Shown one piece after another: positions 59,113 through 64,000 of a stretch of DNA of 64,000 nucleotides. Location of the stretch: NCBI GenBank assembly GCA_000004695.1, contig CM000153.2, positions 3,744,001 through 3,808,000 of the forward strand, given 5' to 3'. The translations under genes were made by a program, and so were the position numbers. The notes beneath the pieces were generated by a model. The model saw only the letters and a list, made by a program, of their open reading frames with translations, was not told where the DNA came from and searched no databases. This DNA is from Dictyostelium discoideum. Lineage: Eukaryota. The stretch's first letter is position 1; the number at the start of each line of letters is the position of its first letter.

Positions 59113-59717
59113 GTATTATAAATTTTTTTTTTTTTTTTTTTTTTTTTTTGATATTTAATAATTGATATCGATTACTTTTTTTTTTTTTTTTTTTTTAATT
59201 AACCTTAAAAAAAAAATAAAAAAAAAAAAAAAAGAATGAATGAAAGAAAGAAATAAATAAAATAAAAAAAAAAAAAAAAAAAAGAAATGAAGATATTATT
59301 AAAACTTTACATTATTTTATAATTAAAAGAAATTATATTAAATTATTATTTTTTTTTTTTTTTATGATATCAAATTTTTTTTTTTTTTTTTTTTTTATAC
59401 ACAAAAATTTTATAAAAAAAAAAAAAAAAGAAAATTAAAAAAATTAAATTTAAAAAAATTGAAATTTAAATTCCCCATATCAGGGGTAACTGTTGCATGT
59501 AAAAACAAACTTATCAAAAAAAAAAAATAAAAAAATCAGGGGATGAATTTTTGACAATAGGTTGTGCCATGTGGAATTTTCGATTATACCATTTACCAGT
59601 ATATTTTGTTTTTAAATTAAAAAAATAATAAAAAAAAAAAATAAATAAATAAAAAAAAAAAAAACTAACAAAACAGGGAAATCAATTTCAAAATTTATGA
59701 TAATATTGTTTCGCTGT

Positions 59718-59753
<36 letters not shown>

Positions 59754-61569
59754 TAAAAAAAAAAATAAAAAGAAATTTGTTAATAAAAAGATATCAATTA
59801 CCTTTTTTTATTAATTACTTGTATATAGTGTATGTTCTATATACAAAAGAAATTTCTTTTCTTAATTTTTTTTTTTCTATGGTTTTTTTTTTTTTTTTTT
59901 TTTGATTTTTTTTCTTGTAAACCTTGAATTAATGCCAAACAAAAAACTTTTTTTATCAACAATTAAAAGAAGAGAAAAAAAAAAAAACTGTTTAAAAAGG
60001 GTGATGTATATTTATAATAAAGCTTAAAAAAAAAAAAAAATAAAAATAAAAAAAAAAAAAAAAATTAAAAATAAAACAAATTTTTTTATTTTAAAACAAA
60101 TCCCTAAAAGGGAAAAATTTAAAAAAATATATTTTTTTTTTTTAAAAAATTAATATTTTAGATCCCAGTGATATCCAAATATATATAACCTATAGCATAT
60201 ATATATAAATTTTTACAATTCATAATTTCATATTTTTTATTGTTTTTTTTTTATTTTTTTTTAACCATTTTATGATTTTAAAAAAAAATAATAAAAAAAA
60301 AAAAAAATAAAATAAAATAAAATAAAATAAAATTTTAAAAAGGAATAAATGTAAAATAATGAACATATGGTCTTTATAATAGTAATGGGTTAAATTATTT
60401 TTTTTTTTTTTTTCTTTTTCATTATAATTTTAATAAGTTCCTATTCGTCTTTTTATTTTAATATTAACCATATTAAACAATACCTTGTACTAATAAATTG
60501 GTTCAAGTTCACAAGCAGGTGAAAAAAAAAAAAAAAAACACCAAAATGTTAACATTGATATCAAGGAGAAAATTTGGTATTTCCTGGTAGGAGATTAGGG
60601 TGTTGGACGATATTAAAATTATAATTATAGGTTAGTTTGATTTATTCCATAGAAAAAAAAAAAGTTATTTTTTAATTTATTGCCGGGTTATGAAAATTAG
60701 CCAATAAACATTACTGAAATAGTAAAAAATATTTACCACACCATTTTTTTTTTTTTTTTTTTTGAATAATTACACTTTTACCCCTCAATTAAAATACAGA
60801 TTTGGTTTTTATCAAATGAAATAAAAAACAAATAAATTTGTATTTTTAGATTTTATTTTTAGATTTTATTAACAATTTTTTAATTTATCTCGATATTATT
60901 TTACTGTGGATAAAAACTTTTTTATGTCAATAATTTTATTTTATTGTTTTAAAAAAAGAAATGATTAAATAAATTAGTAATACATTATTAAAAATTATTA
61001 AAAAATGAATATATATTTTTATATTTGGTTATAAATTCTTTTATTATTTTTTTGTTTAAAAGAGATATTAATTTATTTATTTGTCTCCCACAAAAAGTAA
61101 AATTTAACAACATTAAAAAGTTGAAAAACGAATCGATATTTGGGAAACCCAAAAAAGACTCCATACTTTGAGATGGGAAATTTATTCTTGAGCGGCAATG
61201 ACACAATCAAAAACGATAACCTCTCAAAAATAAGTGGTGAAGTTATATTTGACACAGAACCTGTGGTACATCACTTCCCGTTTATGGCTTTAAGACCACT
61301 CGTCAAAAAAAAATTAATATGATCACAATAATTATTTAAATATAAAACTATTTAAAATAAAAATTATGGGAAAAAAAAAAAAAAAAAAAAATTATTTTCA
61401 ATTTTATTTTAAAATTTTTTTTTTTGGTTTTTAGGTTTAAATTAAGACTGGTCAAAAAAAAAAAAAAAAAAAAAGTTTTCAATTTTTTTTTTTTTTTATT
61501 TTATATTTTTTTTTTTTCAAAATTAATTAAATAATCTTTTTTTTATTCATATATATATTTTTTATAATA

Positions 61570-61600
<31 letters not shown>

Positions 61601-61603
61601 AGA

Positions 61604-62072
61604 ATGTCAGCATTACCATCAATTGATGGAAGTGTTACGGAATGGACAAATGATATGTTTTCACCAGAGTTACAAGCAGCAATTAGAGATATTGTACCAG
61701 TGACAGATAGAGATTTCGATAAACATGATTTTAATCCAGTAGCATATATTAATGATAATTTCTCAAATGAACAATCATTAACAAGATTAGATAATTTTAT
61801 GAATAGATTAAAATTAAAAATTATAAAAATCGATGAAGAGATCATTCAAGAAGTTAGATTACAAAGTATTAGTGGTGGTAAAGGTAAAGAAGATTTAGAG
61901 AATGCTAAAAGATCAATTAATGAATTGTTAACTAAAATCACTGATATTAAATCAAAAGCAAATCAATCTGAACAAATGGTAACTGAAATTTGTAAAGATA
62001 TTAAATCTTTAGATTATGCTAAAAAAAATTTAACAACTGCAATTACAACTTTAAAAAGATTACATATGATGG
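61604..62072 (+). CDS. vps53: VPS53 (GARP complex subunit), exon 1
   Basis: SPELQAAIRDIVPVTDRDFDKHDFNPVAYINDNF..EQSL..KSEQMVTEICKDIKSLDYAKKNLTTAITTLKRLHMM matches the human VPS53 N-terminus. GTAAGT donor at 62073. Confidence 0.85.
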
Positions 62073-62194
62073 GTAAGTTACTAGTAATGGTACTACTACT
62101 AGTAGTAGTATTAGTATTAGTGGTAGAGATATACATATAACTAATCTTTTTAATTATTATTTATTTATTTATTTTTTTTTTTTTTTATTAAAAG

Positions 62195-62847
62195 TTATGG
62201 GTGTTGAACAATTAAAAGAGATGGTTGATAAAAAACAATATGGTACAGTTGCAAAATTATTAGAAGCAACAGCACAATTTGCAGAAGGATTTAAAGATTA
62301 TAGAGAATCACCAAAAATTTATGCATTAAATAAAGAATTGGATAATATTAGATCAAGAGTTAAAGATCAAATTTATGAGGATTTCAATCAGTATGTACCA
62401 TATACGAGTAATCAAATTAAACCAAATGAAGAGAATAGATGGAAAAGTTCATGTTATGTTATCGATGCATTAGGTAGTGAAGTTAAAAAGGATTTTTTAA
62501 GATGGTTTTGTGGTTCACAATTATCGAGTTATAAGAAAGCATTTGGTAGTCAATCAGAGAGTTATACATTGGATAGTACAGATAGAAGATTTGGTTGGTG
62601 GTCAAGACAAATTAAAATATTTCGTGAAGAGTACGCTTTAGTATTCCCACCAGAATGGTGTATGGAAGAACAAATCAGTTATGAGTTTTGTATTCTCACT
62701 CGTTTAGATCTATCAGAGGTTTTATTAATTAATAAAAATTCAATTGAAGTACCACAATTAATTAAAGCATTAAAGAAAACTTTAACTTTTGAAAATAAAC
62801 TTTATGAATTATTTGCTCAAAATAATCAAAAATTATCATCACCAACT
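62195..62847 (+). CDS. vps53: VPS53, exon 2
   Basis: AAAG acceptor; RQYGEVA and ..FPPEWCMEEQISYEFC.. match VPS53. GTAAGT donor at 62848. Confidence 0.85.
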
Positions 62848-62920
62848 GTAAGTTTTATTTTATTTTTATTTTATTTAATAAATTAAAAAAGGTATACTAA
62901 TGTGTATTATATTTTAAAAG

Positions 62921-64000
62921 ATGTCATCAACACCAAGTAATGAAAGTGAAAATAATTCAGATGATTCAGATCAAGATGATTCAGATGATGATAATGGTGA
63001 AAATCAAGTTGATGGTGAAAATAATAGTAATAATAATAATAAAGGTAATAGTGAGGATGCAATTAGAAGGAGATGGGAAGCTAGAGTTGAAAAGGATAGA
63101 AAAAGAGAAGAAGAGAAATTACAACAACAACAATTACAACAACAGCAACAACAAGGTAAAGACGTTAATAAACAACAACAACAACAACAACAACCAATTG
63201 AAATACCAAAATCCTATGAAAGATTTAAAGGAATTATATCATCATCCTTTGATCCATATATGGATTTGTATATAAATGAAGAGGATAAATTAATTGGTGA
63301 AGTATTGGAGAAAGTTATGGCAGAAGAGAAATGGACATTATCAGATGAGGAAGCCAATAAGATCTTAACAAGTTGTACAGATTTAGTATTCCATTTCATA
63401 AAGGTTAGAAATCGTTGTGCTGAACTCACAAAGGGTGAGCCATTCTTTAACCTTTATCATCTATTTAGAAAGTATTTAACCCAATATGCCAATATAATCT
63501 CTGGCAAAATTCATACAGACGTTGGTAGAGCACATGATGTTCAAGAGGATAAAACTATTTGTCTCATTATTAATACCGCCGAATTTTGTAGAAAAACATC
63601 TGGTCAAATGACTGATGGTTTCAAGAAGATTATCGATGAAAAGTATAAAGAGTCAATCGATTTAAAAGATATTCAAAACGACTTCTCAAGTATCATTGCA
63701 AAGGGTGTTAAAGCATTGGTAAGTGGTATCGAAGCTAAACTCGACCCACATCTCCAATCGATGACTCGTATGGAATGGGGCGAACGTTATCAATACGTTG
63801 GTGATAATTCACCATATGTCAATGAAGTAGTTCAAATTATTTCAGATTCATCTCAATTAGAAGTGGCTTGGTTGTCACCTGAACATTTTAGATACTTTTG
63901 CGATTTGTTTGCTTCTTCATTTGGTTTACGTATTCCTCAATCAATCTATAAATGTCGTGGTATCTCTGAAATTGGTTCACAAGGTATCCTATTGGATATT
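62921..64000 (+). CDS. vps53: VPS53, exon 3 (3'-partial, continues past the window end)
   Basis: AAAG acceptor at 62917-62920. The frame is open to position 64000; ..MEWGERYQYVGDNSPYVNEV.. matches VPS53 ..MQWQNVEHVGDQSPYVTSV.. Confidence 0.8.
   Translation, partial: MSSTPSNESENNSDDSDQDDSDDDNGENQVDGENNSNNNNKGNSEDAIRRRWEARVEKDRKREEEKLQQQQLQQQQQQGKDVNKQQQQQQQPIEIPKSYERFKGIISSSFDPYMDLYINEEDKLIGEVLEKVMAEEKWTLSDEEANKILTSCTDLVFHFIKVRNRCAELTKGEPFFNLYHLFRKYLTQYANIISGKIHTDVGRAHDVQEDKTICLIINTAEFCRKTSGQMTDGFKKIIDEKYKESIDLKDIQNDFSSIIAKGVKALVSGIEAKLDPHLQSMTRMEWGERYQYVGDNSPYVNEVVQIISDSSQLEVAWLSPEHFRYFCDLFASSFGLRIPQSIYKCRGISEIGSQGILLDI

Noticed and set aside
60988-61255. Overlapping minus-strand ORFs 60988..61206 and 61073..61255
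   Set aside because: They are AT-rich, mutually overlapping, without homology or start context. Only the plus-strand 61173..61322 mini-ORF is compositionally distinctive, and even that has low confidence.

Overview
This 64-kb window is extremely AT-rich eukaryotic genomic DNA with the hallmarks of Dictyostelium discoideum (social amoeba). AAT and CAA triplet tracts encode poly-Asn and poly-Gln, introns are short and AT-rich with GTAAGT...(T)nAG boundaries, and intergenic DNA is homopolymer-rich. I could support about 20 protein-coding genes, most of them spliced, and the splice phases check arithmetically for all reported exons except the uncorrected frame breaks recorded in the RLK-A and RLK-B ectodomain exons. 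Assignments from strong homology are: HEATR1/UTP10 (4 exons, 2237 aa), glutamine-dependent NAD+ synthetase, ribosomal protein L18a, an XPR1/PHO1-like SPX-EXS phosphate exporter, an ENPP-family ecto-phosphodiesterase, alanine aminotransferase with a separate presequence exon, VPS53 (runs off the 3' end), Mog1/RANGRF, and a KCTD-type BTB protein. Weaker calls are a PH-domain protein, a RING-HC protein (runs off the 5' end), a large Urb2/Npa2-like protein, an Asn-rich protein with a possible GNAT-like segment, and two small membrane/secreted proteins.

The most interesting region is 37.2-49.9 kb. Two tandem paralogous receptor-like Ser/Thr kinase genes sit on the minus strand; each encodes a signal peptide, an ectodomain of about 900 aa, one TM helix and a cytoplasmic kinase. 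They flank an opposite-strand gene for a secreted paralogue of the ectodomain N-terminal module. The two kinase genes show reciprocal decay: one has an intact kinase but at least two frameshifts in its ectodomain, and the other has an intact ectodomain but a degenerate, truncated kinase.

Other notable features are a tandem pair of GOLGA7/Erf4-like genes with a conserved intron position, a compositionally anomalous 0.7-kb GC-richer island at 30.0-30.7 kb, a G-quadruplex-type motif, and a CG-containing TCGTTTTTTT motif upstream of three ribosome-biogenesis genes. I found no rRNA, tRNA, CRISPR array or clear transposon.
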